Assembly: GCA_950097015.1 (NCBI GenBank)
Contig: CATNEN010000025.1
Coordinates: forward strand, 8,370,001-8,434,000
From: Macrostomum hystrix
Taxonomy: Eukaryota > Animalia > Platyhelminthes
Direction of reading: 5' to 3'
Length of the DNA stretch: 64,000 nucleotides
The translations under genes and the position numbers were made by a program. A model generated the notes under the pieces. It made no database searches, had not been told where the DNA came from, and was given only the letters and a program-made list of their open reading frames with translations. Positions within the stretch are counted from its first letter, which is position 1, and each line of letters opens with the position of its first letter. Positions 12,458-40,750 of this stretch are shown here, piece after piece.

Positions 12458-12634
12458 TGTGATGAGCGCGGACGAGAGCAAAGCTCCAACCAATCTATTT
12501 GGCTTCAGCCGATATATAAGTAGCACACGCAGAGCCAGACGCGATTACATAATATGGTAGCATGAGAGAGAGAACGCTAGCATGTACACCTAGACGGGTG
12601 TACAAACTTGTGCACAGACGCTATACTCATGACA
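12458..12634 (-). repeat. 5' LTR of the Gypsy element (177 bp)
   Basis: Matches 7005-7181; followed on the minus strand by PBS-like TGGCATCGCAAGC (primer tRNA not identified). Confidence 0.97.
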
Positions 12635-12785
12635 ACAACTATTTCGCTTGATTAATGTTTTCGATATTTACTCTCAGTACGAGCGTACTACTTCTAGTAA
12701 TACAGAAGAATGTTCCTGCATTTTTAAGCTTGTTCACATCTGAAGCGAAAGAATATCTGTATCGCGTAATAACGACTTTGTATTT

Positions 12786-13375
12786 TGATGATACCTGTAT
12801 AACCTGATGATACCTGTATAACCTGATGATACCTGTATAACCTGATGATACCTGTATAACCTGATGATACCTGTATAACCTGATGATACCTGTATAACCT
12901 GATGATACCTGTATAACCTGATGATACCTGTATAACCTGATGATACCTGTATAACCTGATGATACCTGTATAACCTGATGATAACCTGTATAACCTGATG
13001 ATACCTGTATAACCTGATGATACCTGTATAACCTGATGATACCTGTATAACCTGATGATACCTGTATAACCTGATGATACCTGTATAACCTGATGATACC
13101 TGTATAACCTGATGATACCTGTATAACCTGATGATACCTGTATAACCTGATGATACCTGTATAACCTGATGATACCTGTATAACCTGATGATACCTGTAT
13201 AACCTGATGATACCTGTATAACCTGATGATACCTGTATAACCTGATGATACCTGTATAACCTGATGATACCTGTATAACCTGATGATACCTGTATAACCT
13301 GATGATACCTGTATAACCTGATGATACCTGTATAACCTGATGATACCTGTATAACCTTATGATACCTGTTTCTGA
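12786..13375. repeat. 19-bp satellite TGATGATACCTGTATAACC, about 30 copies
   Basis: Directly visible and nearly homogeneous; explains ORF 12639-13409. Confidence 0.97.
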
Positions 13376-13461
13376 CGATGATACCTGTATCTAACGATGA
13401 TACCTGCATCTGACGATGATACCTTTTTCTGATGTTGATACCTGTTTCTCAGAATGATACC

Positions 13462-13666
13462 TGTAGTGAGCGAGAGAAGTCAGCCAGTGTCAATTCCACT
13501 TAAAAGCTCCAGCCCTCCAAAACGGGCGTGAAATGCTTTAAATATTTACTCAATCAATGCATGTACATTAAAGGGGTGTCATTGGCATGTACATTGCGCA
13601 ATCACCATTAAGCAATACTAGCAATCGGCCCACAGCACCAATATTAAAGTTCGCTACGTCACAACA
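13462..13666. mobile_element. Probable solo LTR (205 bp) inserted in the 19-bp satellite
   Basis: Non-repeat block starting TGTAGTGA and ending TCACAACA (7/8 inverted), flanked by ATACC at 13457-13461 and 13667-13671; ATTAAA near the right end. Confidence 0.6.
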
Positions 13667-13671
13667 ATACC

Positions 13672-14195
13672 TACCTATTTCTCAGAATGATACCTGTTTC
13701 TCAGAATGATACCAATTTCTTAGAATGATACCTGTTTCTCAGAATGATGCAAATTTCTCAGAATGATACCTGTTTCTCAGAATGATACCGATTTCTCAGA
13801 ATGATACCGATTTCTCAGAATGATACATTTTTCTTAGAATGATACCTATTTCTTAGAATGATACCTGTTTCTCAGAATGATACATTTTTCTTAGAATGAT
13901 ACCTATTTCTTAGAATGATACCTGTTTCTCAGAATGATACCTGTTTCTCAGAATGATGCCAATTTCTCAGAATGATACCTGTTTCTCAGAATGATACCGA
14001 TTTCTCAGAATGATACCAATTTCTCAGAATGATACCAATTTCTTAGAATGATACCTGTTTCTCAGAATGATAACAATTTCTCAGAATGATACCTTTTTCT
14101 TAGAATGATACCTATTTCTTAGAACGATACCTGTTTCTCAGAATGATACCAATTTCTCAGAATGATACCAATTTCTTAGAATGATACCTGTTTCT
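13672..14195. repeat. 19-bp satellite variant AGAATGATACC(TG/AA)TTTCTC
   Basis: Directly visible; shares the ATGATACC core with the two arrays to the left. Confidence 0.95.
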
Positions 14196-15098
14196 ATCTT
14201 CTAAATCTGGTAGTTAAACAAGCAATCTATGCATAATACTTAAAGTAGAATATTTGACCATTTTAATCTAAACAGTCGATATGAGCAGAAAATTTCTTAC
14301 TTAATACTTAAGTAAGCAGTCATACTTAATTGAGGTGGTGACACGCTAAGTTCAGATAAGTCCATTCTTTCATATTTTTTCCTTTTTAATTAATCTTTTG
14401 CCTCTAACCGAAAGAGCAAACGAGACTGCCAGGGTGAGAGAGACCGGAGGAGATAAGTGCCTGCACGGAAGTATTGTTCTTCGCAAATTTTCTAGAGGCT
14501 ATATAAAAAATGCCCGGTCCGTTATAGCGAACTCTTTTTGCCCATATTAAGTGGCGTGCGCTGTTTCGCATCTTAGCTAAATGGGCCTGTGAATAAAGTG
14601 TGGATTGTCCGCAATTTGGCTGTCCCAGGTCAAAGGCTCCGCCCAAAATGCAGCCAGCCTCGGTGGGCTGGAGGCTTAAAGGGCGGCCATCCTCAGCAGC
14701 TTCATCGAGCATTCAGACACTTCAGTTCGGCGCGCGCCAAGTTTTATGTGAACTTTTTTTCTCTCTAACAACGGGATATTCTCCCACACACTCTTTTCCC
14801 TTTTATCCCCTCTTCATAACTCGGTAAAAGTGTGGGATAATGGGATTAATATCAAAGGGAAAGTCGCATGTGCGAATTGCGAACTTGGACGCCCTCACTG
14901 CAGCCACTCCAAGTTTCTTATTTGAAAAGCAATAACTTTTCGAAACAGAATTTCGCATTGGAAGCTTGAAGCCTTTCGGAGAAAGAGCTTTTTTCTTGTT
15001 TGAATGAACTGAGCGGATGTTCTCAGGGGGGTATACGCGCTCGTATTTCGTTGCTTATTGAAAAGCTGTAAATTGTACCACGCTTAGGACTAATAGCT

Positions 15099-17360
15099 TT
15101 GAAGCTAAGAAGGGCGGAGGATTGAAGCTAAGGAGGGTGGAGGATTGAAGCTAAGGAGGGCGGAGAATTGAAGCTAAGGAGGGCGGAGAATTGAAGCTAA
15201 GGAGGGCGGAGAATTGAAGCTAAGGAGGGCGGAGAATTGAAGCTAAGGAGGGCGGAGGATTGAAGCTAAGGAGGGCGGAGGATTGAAGCTAAGGAGGGCG
15301 GAGAATTGAAGCTAAGGAGGGCGGAGAATTGAAGCTAAGGAGGGCGGAGAATTGAAGCTAAGGAGGGCGGAGAATTGAAGCTAAGGAGGGCGGAGAATTG
15401 AAGCTAAGGAGGGCGGAGGATTGAAGCTAAGGAGGGCAGAGGATTGAAGCTAAGGAGGGCGGAGAATTGAAGCTAAGGAGGGCGGAGGATTGAAGCTAAG
15501 GAGGGCGGAGGATTGAAGCTAAGGAGGGCGGAGAATTGAAGCTAAGGAGGGCGGAGGATTGAAGCTAAGGAGGGCGGAGGATTGAAGCTAAGGAGGGCGG
15601 AGGATTGAAGCTAAGGAGGGCGGAGAATTGAAGCTAAGGAGGGCGGAGAATTGAAGCTAAGGAGGGCGGAGAATTGAAGCTAAGGAGGGCGGAGAATTGA
15701 AGCTAAGGAGGGCGGAGAATTGAAGCTAAGGAGGGCGGAGAATTGAAGCTAAGGAGGGCGGAGAATTGAAGCTAAGGAGGGCGGAGGATTGAAGCTAAGG
15801 AGGGCAGAGGATTGAAGCTAAGGAGGGCGGAGAATTGAAGCTAAGGAGGGCGGAGGATTGAAGCTAAGGAGGGCGGAGGATTGAAGCTAAGGAGGGCGGA
15901 GAATTGAAGCTAAGGAGGGCGGAGGATTGAAGCTAAGGAGGGCGGAGAATTGAAGCTAAGGAGGGCGGAGGATTGAAGCTAAGGAGGGCAGAGGATTGAA
16001 GCTAAGGAGGGCGGAGAATTGAAGCTAAGGAGGGCGGAGGATTGAAGCTAAGGAGGGCGGAGGATTGAAGCTAAGGAGGGCGGAGAATTGAAGCTAAGGA
16101 GGGCGGAGAATTGAAGCTAAGGAGGGCGGAGAATTGAAGCTAAGGAGGGCGGAGAATTGAAGCTAAGGAGGGCGGAGAATTGAAGCTAAGGAGGGCGGAG
16201 AATTGAAGCTAAGGAGGGCGGAGGATTGAAGCTAAGGAGGGCAGAGGATTGAAGCTAAGGAGGGCGGAGAATTGAAGCTAAGGAGGGCGGAGGATTGAAG
16301 CTAAGGAGGGCGGAGGATTGAAGCTAAGGAGGGCGGAGAATTGAAGCTAAGGAGGGCGGAGGATTGAAGCTAAGGAGGGCGGAGGATTGAAGCTAAGGAG
16401 GGCGGAGGATTGAAGCTAAGGAGGGCGGAGAATTGAAGCTAAGGAGGGCGGAGAATTGAAACTAAGGAGGGCGGAGAATTGAAGCTAAGGAGGGCGGAGA
16501 ATTGAAGCTAAGGAGGGCGGAGAATGGAAGCTAAGGAGGGCGGAGAATTGAAGCTAAGGAGGGCGGAGGATTGAAGCTAAGGAGGGCAGAGGATTGAAGC
16601 TAAGGAGGGCGGAGAATTGAAGCTAAGGAGGGCGGAGGATTGAAGCTAAGGAGGGCGGAGGATTGAAGCTAAGGAGGGCGGAGAATTGAAGCTAAGGAGG
16701 GCGGAGGATTGAAGCTAAGGAGGGCGGAGAATTGAAGCTAAGGAGGGCGGAGGATTGAAGCTAAGGAGGGCAGAGGATTGAAGCTAAGGAGGGCGGAGAA
16801 TTGAAGCTAAGGAGGGCGGAGGATTGAAGCTAAGGAGGGCGGAGGATTGAAGCTAAGGAGGGCGGAGAATTGAAGCTAAGGAGGGCGGAGGATTGAAGCT
16901 AAGGAGGGCGGAGGATTGAAGCTAAGGAGGGCGGAGAATTGAAGCTAAGGAGGGCGGAGGATTGAAGCTAAGGAGGGCGGAGAATTGAAGCTAAGGAGGG
17001 CGGAGAATTGAAGCTAAGGAGGGCGGAGAATTGAAGCTAAGGAGGGCGGAGAATTGAAGCTAAGGAGGGCGGAGAATTGAAGCTAAGGAGGGCGGAGAAT
17101 TGAAGCTAAGGAGGGCGGAGAATTGAAGCTAAGGAGGGCGGAGAATTGAAGCTAAGGAGGGCGGAGAATTGAAGCTAAGGAGGGCGGAGAATTGAAGCTA
17201 AGGAGGGCGGAGAATTGAAGCTAAGGAGGGCGGAGAATTGAAGCTAAGGAGGGCGGAGAATTGAAGCTAAGGAGGGCGGAGAATTGAAGCTAAGGAGGGC
17301 GGAGAATTGAAGCTAAGGAGGGCGGAGAATTGAAGCTAAGGAGGGCGGAGGATTGAAGCC
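15099..17360. repeat. 23-bp minisatellite GAAGCTAAGGAGGGCGGAG(A/G)ATT, about 98 copies
   Basis: Directly visible. Confidence 0.98.
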
Positions 17361-17387
17361 AAAGGGTTGAAGTTGAAGCTAATATCA

Positions 17388-18650
17388 GCGGCTGATAGAG
17401 TGACACGACAGCGGTTCATAGAGTGACACGACAGCGGTTGATAGAATGACATGTCAGCGGTTGATAGAATGACATGACAGCGGTTGATAGAATGACATGA
17501 CAGTGGTTGGTAGAGTGACATGTCAGCGGTTGATAGAATGACATGACAGCGGTTGATAGAATGACATGACAGTGGTTGGTAGAGTGACATGTCAGCGGTT
17601 GATAGAATGACATGACAGCGGTTGATAGAATGACATGACAGCGGTTGGTAGAGTGACACGACAGCGGTTGATAGAGTGACATGACAGCGGTTGATAGAAT
17701 GACATGTCAGCGGTTGATAGAATGACATGACAGCGGTTGATAGAATGACATGACAGTGGTTGGTAGAGTGACATGTCAGCGGTTGATAGAATGACATGAC
17801 AGCGGTTGATAGAATGACATGACAGTGGTTGGTAGAGTGACATGTCAGCGGTTGATAGAATGACATGACAGCGGTTGATAGAATGACATGACAGCGGTTG
17901 GTAGAGTGACACGACAGCGGTTGATAGAGTGACATGACAGCGGTTGATAGAATGACATGTCAGCGGTTGATAGAATGACATGACAGCGGTTGATAGAATG
18001 ACATGACAGTGGTTGGTAGAGTGACATGTCAGCGGTTGATAGAATGACATGACAGCGGTTGATAGAATGACATGACAGCGGTTGGTAGAGTGACACGACA
18101 GCGGTTGATAGAGTGACATGACAGCGGTTGATAGAATGACATGTCAGCGGTTGATAGAATGACATGACAGCGGTTGATAGAATGACATGACAGTGGTTGG
18201 TAGAGTGACATGTCAGCGGTTGATAGAATGACATGACAGCGGTTGATAGAATGACATGACAGTGGTTGGTAGAGTGACATGTCAGCGGTTGATAGAATGA
18301 CATGACAGCGGTTGATAGAATGACATGACAGCGGTTGGTAGAGTGACACGACAGCGGTTGATAGAGTGACATGACAGCGGTTGATAGAATGACATGTCAG
18401 CGGTTGATAGAATGACATGACAGCGGTTGGTAGAGTGACATGTCAGCGGTTGGTAGAGTGACATGTCAGCGGTTGATAGAATGACATGACAGCGGTTGAT
18501 AGAATGACATGACAGCGGTTGGTAGAGTGACACGACAGCGGTTGATAGAATGACATGACAGCGGTTGATAGAGTGACATGTCAGCGGTTGATAGAATGAC
18601 ATGACAGCGGTTGGTAGAGTGACATGTCAGCGGTTGATAGAATGACATGT
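17388..18650. repeat. 23-bp minisatellite GACATGACAGCGGTTGATAGAAT, about 55 copies, with 253-bp higher-order blocks
   Basis: Directly visible; near-identical ORFs 17592-18119 and 17845-18372 are offset by 253 = 11 x 23 bp. Confidence 0.97.
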
Positions 18651-19438
18651 CATGGCTTTCTTTCGTGCATATGGTCGATTAAGCGAATCGCATTTCATCG
18701 AACAATTCGTCGCCCTTATCGGAGCCTATTATTTTTCCTCTTTTCCTCTAAAAAAACTTGTTCCTCATGGAGCGCAGAAAGAAATCGCATTTTCCTATTT
18801 CTAATTTTCTTTTTTAAAATCTCATTTTCTCATCGGGGATTTGCTACTCTCTTTGGCTAGTATTTCTTATTGGATTTCCAAATTGCAATCCCACTTATTC
18901 GGCTTCCCAATTTCACTCTGCCCCAAAACGGATTCTTTCATCATTGGACCCTGCAGGTAAGGGGAGAAGTGTTGGCGAAGGTCCAGCCCGATTTGCTACG
19001 GGATTGGGCTGCCGAGCCGACGGAGGCGGGTGGGTGCGGCCGCGCCCTGCCACCCACCTCCCTCCCCTCCCCATTCCGGGCGCCAGTCATCGCCAGCCGA
19101 TTGCTAATACAAAAAGGTAAAAAAATCTTTGTTGCCATCGCCCGCCCGTCCTATCCGAACCTTGGCTTGGCGTCAGGCTTTTTTAAGACCCGAACCGTGC
19201 GGCTTGCTAGACAAGAAAAAGCAGTAAAAAACATTCGAGCACTCGCTATAGCCAGAGGAAAACTTTTCCAAGCCCGAGCAACAAAAAACTGATTTGCCAA
19301 TTTTTTCGGAACCATTTTTTGTTCGGAACATTTTTTCTGCCTCTCTCTCTCGATTGCGGCAAGAAGGAAAAAGTTTTCTACAAAGAAATCGACAATTCGA
19401 AGAAAAAAAACAGCACCAGAAATTAAAGAGTAGGCAAC

Positions 19439-35668
<16,230 letters not shown>

Positions 35669-35771
35669 ACTCGGTGAGTTGGTTACTCAACGGATTGAGA
35701 AGTTGTGTACTGGAGAATATATATATCAGGTGGTCTGCTGTAATAGATGGATTTCTAATAGACTGGATGGT

Positions 35772-35910
35772 TGTCTAGTGGACAGGATGATTGTCTTGTG
35801 GACAGGATGATTGACTAGTGGACAGGATGATTGTCTTGTGGACAGGATGATTGTCTAGTGGACAGGATGATTGTCTAGTGCACAGGATGATTGACTAGTG
35901 GACAGGATGG
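35772..35910. repeat. 20-bp minisatellite TAGTGGACAGGATGATTGTC
   Basis: Directly visible, about 7 copies, just 3' of the zinc-finger stop. Confidence 0.9.
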
Positions 35911-36467
35911 TCTCAGGGATGGTCACTGTGAAGGTAAACCAGAAAAAAGTGGGAAAATAACATTCGTTAATATCTTTCCAGAAACCTGGCGATTTGACTT
36001 TGGCAAAACCACGATGACATGCGAATCGATACTACTGCCCAAAAGAGAAGCACAAGTAGTCACAGATGCGTCAGACGCGAAATTAATGTTTGTCGAATAA
36101 TAACAATTCTTATCAACTGTCGCGCGCCCAAAATTGCAAGCTTGTCCTAATTCTTTGACAATCTATCCGTAATTATAGAACTACCTGATCCTCAGGTTGC
36201 ACCCTCTGACATCCACCGAGTAAATCACTTTTGCACTCTATATCGTCTTGTCTATAACAGTTTTTATCATTTTTTTACTGTGTTCTTTTGTTACATTTAT
36301 TTAATCGCTTCATACAGTAAAACTTTCTTTCTGCTTTCGTGTTGTCAATTATTGCCTCTGTTGATTGACTATTCAAAACAAGGACAGCATTGTTTAATTT
36401 ATTGAGTAAATTGTTGTGATTAATCCGGGTTGGGGATCATCTCATGCGAGTGGGAAGGTACTAGTTC

Positions 36468-37030
36468 GGGATTTTCCCTTTCAGGTGGAAATGATCAGCG
36501 ATTATCCCCTGCAGGTGGGAAGGATTCCAGTCTGGAATTATCGCCTTAAAGTAGGAAGGATCCCAGTTTGGGATTATCCCCTGCAGGTGGGAAGGGTCCC
36601 AGTTTGGGATTATCCCCTGCAGGTGGGAAGGATCCCAGTTTGGGATAATCCTCTGCAGGTGGGAAGGATCCCAGTTTGGGATTATCCCCTGCAGGTGGGA
36701 AGGATCCCAGTTTGGGATTATCGCCTTCAAGTGGGAAGGATCTCAGTTTGGGATTATCGCCTTCAAGTGGGAAGGATCCCATTTTGGGATTATCCCCTGC
36801 AGGTGGGAAGGATCCCAGTTTGGGATTATCCTCTGCAGTTGGGAAGGATCCCAGTTTGGGATTATCCTCTGCAGGTGGGAAGGATCCCAGTTTGGGATTA
36901 TCTCCTGCAGTTGGGAAGGATCCCAGTTTGGGATTATCCTCTGCAGGTGGGAAGGATCCCAGTTTGTGATTATCTCCTGCAGGTGGGAAGGATCCCAGTT
37001 TGGGATTATCCTCTGCAGGTGGGAAGGATT
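36468..37030. repeat. 36-bp minisatellite GGGATTATCCCCTGCAGGTGGGAAGGATCCCAGTTT
   Basis: Directly visible; gives the 12-aa periodic ORF 36416-37093. Confidence 0.95.
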
Positions 37031-37431
37031 CTTAATCAAACTGATCCCAAATCAATCAATTTATTTCGAGTTTTTATTTTGACAGACCTTTGAGCATACA
37101 TTTAGCAACCAATTATAATCATTGCGTGAGTCAATCTTCTATGTTACACTCTATATACTATTGACCAATTATCAATCATATTGACGAGTATGTTGTACAC
37201 TTTTCTTAATAATGTGGCACAACTAATCTTAAATAAACTGCACCTACGAATAAATGTAACAGTAATGTAAAAGCGTAAAAATTACTAAAAAGTCCGAGTA
37301 CATAAATTAAAAGTTAATTTTTTTGCCTATGTTGCCTTAATTTTTGCTTTCAGTGGAGTCAATTAAAGGACATCAGTGACTCTCACTGTTGTTACATTAT
37401 TCGGGAGTGACCACTATTGTGACTCTGATGA

Positions 37432-38950
37432 AGTCTCACAGATGATGGAATGTAGCTAGAGTGAGTCTCACAGTTGATGGAATGTAACTAGAGTGAGTCT
37501 CACAGTTGATGGAATGTAACTAGAGTGAGTCTCACAGTTGATGGAATGTAACTAGAGTGAGTCTCACAGTTGATGGAATGTAACTAGAGTGAGTCTCACA
37601 GTTGATGGAATGTAACTAGAGTGAGTCTCACAGTTGATGGAATGTAACTAGAGTGAGTCTCACAGTTGATGGAATGTAACTAGAGTGAGTCTCACAGATG
37701 ATGGAATGTAACTAGAGTGAGTCTCACAGTTGATGGAATGTAACTAGAGTGAGTCTCACAGTTGATGGAATGTAACTAGAGTGAGTCTCACAGTTGATGG
37801 AATGTAACTAGAGTGAGTCTCACAGTTGATGGAATGTAACTAGAGTGAGTCTCACAGTTGATGGAATGTAACTAGAGTGAGTCTCACAGTTGATGGAATG
37901 TAACTAGAGTGAGTCTCACAGATGATGGAATGTAACTAGAGTGAGTCTCACAGTTGATGGAATGTAACTAGAGTGAGTCTCACAGATGATGGAATGTAAC
38001 TAGAGTGAGTCTCACAGTTGATGGAATGTAACTAGAGTGAGTCTCACAGTTGATGGAATGTAACTAGAGTGAGTCTCACAGTTGATGGAATGTAACTAGA
38101 GTGAGTCTCACAGTTGATGGAATGTAACTAGAGTGAGTCTCACAGATGATGGAATGTAACTAGAGTGAGTCTCACAGTTAATGGAATGTAACTAGAGTGA
38201 GTCTCACAGTTGATGGAATGTAACTAGAGTGAGTCTCACAGTTAATGGAATGTAACTAGAGTGAGTCTCACAGTTGATGGAATGTAACTAGAGTGAGTCT
38301 CACAGTTGATGGAATGTAACTAGAGTGAGTCTCACAGTTGATGGAATGTAACTAGAGTGAGTCTCACAGTTAATGGAATGTAACTAGAGTGAGTCTCACA
38401 GTTGATGGAATGTAACTAGAGTGAGTCTCACAGTTGATGGAATGTAACTAGAGTGAGTCTCACAGTTGATGGAATGTAACTAGAGTGAGTCTCACAGTTA
38501 ATGGAATGTAACTAGAGTGAGTCTCACAGTTAATGGAATGTAACTAGAGTGAGTCTCACAGTTGATGGAATGTAACTAGAGTGAGTCTCACAGTTGATGG
38601 AATGTAACTAGAGTGAGTCTCACAGTTAATGGAATGTAACTAGAGTGAGTCTCACAGTTGATGGAATGTAACTAGAGTGAGTCTCACAGTTGATGGAATG
38701 TAACTAGAGTGAGTCTCACAGTTGATGGAATGTAACTAGAGTGAGTCTCACAGTTGATGGAATGTAACTAGAGTGAGTCTCACAGTTGATGGAATGTAAC
38801 TAGAGTGAGTCTCACAGATGATGGAATGTAACTAGAGTGAGTCTCACAGTTGATGGAATGTAACTAGAGTGAGTCTCACAGATGATGGAATGTAACTAGA
38901 GTGAGTCTCACAGTTGATGGAATGTAACTAGAGTGAGTCTCTCAGTTGAT
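37432..38950. repeat. 32-bp minisatellite GATGGAATGTAACTAGAGTGAGTCTCACAGTT, about 47 copies
   Basis: Directly visible; head-to-tail with no spacers. Confidence 0.98.
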
Positions 38951-40001
38951 AAAATTCAAAAGAGATGAACAGTCTCGTACATAATATCTTTAGTTTCTCT
39001 TTCCTAAACAAGACCACTACTAAAAAGACAGACAGACAGACAGAAGTCGGTAGGCATATATATTTGCGATTATCAAGATAACATTATCAAAAAATGAAGG
39101 CAACAGGTGGACAGAAAAAGAAACACTCTATTTAAAAAGCTAACAAATTAATAAGAGGTACATATAAACCAGATCAGTTAGGTTAAGTTACAGGTAGGCT
39201 AAAAAAACGAGAGCTAATATTTCTGATGCTGACTTGCGAGAGTTGTCTAGAAAACTGAGAGAGACAGACTGAATTGTCAATCTGGCCTGCAGGTAGCTTA
39301 TGGAGAGTAGCGAAGTCAAGTGAAGTGTGAGAGGGCGTTGTGCCCTGGACTATATATTTAAACATGGTTAAGTTGGACAGACTGGAGGAGGTTGTCGGTA
39401 CGAAAACAAGAGTGCGCGACTGAGGGTAGGAGAGGAGGCTAGAATGTGAGCGGCGGACCAATCAGAAAGGAGGAAAGAAAGAAAGGATAGAGAATGAGAG
39501 ATCAGCCGCAGAGATAACGAGAGAGAAAGAACTAGATTGAACTGGACGATGTAAACAAGAAAAGTGCAGAGAACGAAAGAGTGAATAGAGGACAGAAGGC
39601 AGAGACGAAAGTCGCGACAAGAGTTACTAGGTATTTAACTAGCAAATAATAACATACACACATTTAAGTATGAAATAAATAATAACATAATACCATCACA
39701 AAGACTGGCTAGAACAATATCGATTGCTTAATTAACAAGTTAAATGGGAACAAAGACAAAACCAATTTTAGGAGTATGGAAACGAAAATTTCGTTCTACT
39801 CAAAAATGTCTATACGTATCTGGCATTGTTCGAGCGCTACTTCAAGTAGCACAAAGAAATTTAAGCGTAAATAAATACGACTCATACGAGCTTGTATACT
39901 CGTATACACGATTTTGGCACGCATACGAAAAAAGACAATATAAGCCGTCTTATTCTGTTCTTTGATTATCCGATAAAAAATATACGATATTGTTGTGAAA
40001 A

Positions 40002-40390
40002 CAGTGGCGCAACCAGGTTTTGCCTTAGGGGGGGGCGGTCTTTGCGTACATTGCCCCGCAGGTCGAGGGGGGGTGCCAGGTGGAGCGCGCTCTGTTTCGC
40101 GGTTTTCGCCCACCATTCCTGGGCCAATATCAAGGGCCGGTAGGGTAGGGCCCAGACGATTTAAAAGGTTTAAAAAATCCGAACGCACGATTATAATGAA
40201 AGCTTGAAAATTAATATATGACCAATGGTCTTGGACTTGGTCTTTGGTCTATGTACGTTGGACTTGGGGGACAGGGAATGAGATAAGGTAATAAATTAAG
40301 AAGCGTCTTGGCTTGCCCTTTGCGTACATTGCCCGCGTGCCGAAGGAGGGGGGGGCGGCCGCCACCCCCGCCCCCCTGGTTGCGCCACTG
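40002..40390. mobile_element. hAT-type MITE, 389 bp
   Basis: Perfect 16-bp TIR CAGTGGCGCAACCAGG; 8-bp flanks TGTGAAAA / TGTGAAAG (7/8); TTTGCGTACATTGCCC repeated near both ends. Confidence 0.85.
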
Positions 40391-40750
40391 TGTGAAAGTC
40401 TTATATAGCAAGCGTTTCAGCCAGTAGAGAAGAGAAGCATCTGAGTCGATAATGTTTTAGTCAATAGAGAAGCATTTGAGTCAATATAGAAATGTTTTTT
40501 CGTAAACAATGCGAATAAAACAACTTTCTAAAGTCGCTCGTCGCTGTACCGTTTTCATCAGGTTAATTGAAACAGTTCCATTGCAGCTGGACAGTAATTG
40601 ACAGTAAAGAAATTTGCAATTGATGATTATTATTAGAAAATCACAGCCAAATAACGCACCTGCAGGAATAAGAAAACAAGAACGCACATAAAGCACTTTA
40701 AGCAAGGCAGCAATGCAGAGAATCCACCAACGGATTGCAGATTGCCAGAT

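Larger units (their letters stand above)
7005..12634 (-). mobile_element. Ty3/Gypsy LTR retrotransposon (Mag-like), full length, inactivated
   Basis: 177-bp direct LTRs at 7005-7181 and 12458-12634 (TG..CA, 1 mismatch) and a 5-bp TSD ACAAC (7000-7004, 12635-12639). On the minus strand the polypurine tract AGAAGGGAGA abuts the 3' LTR and a TGG-starting PBS-like site abuts the 5' LTR. Domain order is gag-PR-RT-RH-INT. Confidence 0.97.

Noticed and set aside
4211-13375. C/D-box snoRNA cluster (ATGATGA in every 19-bp unit; CTGA plus TGATGA in the right array)
   Set aside because: Spacing is 19 nt with no guide regions or terminal stems; these are simple satellite monomers.
37432-38950. CRISPR-like array (32-bp partly palindromic repeat)
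   Set aside because: Units are head-to-tail with no unique spacers, there are no cas genes, and the context is eukaryotic.
39183-39461. ORF 39183-39461 and ORFs at 60622-61157 as genes or TE remnants
   Set aside because: No recognisable motifs or consistent splice structure.
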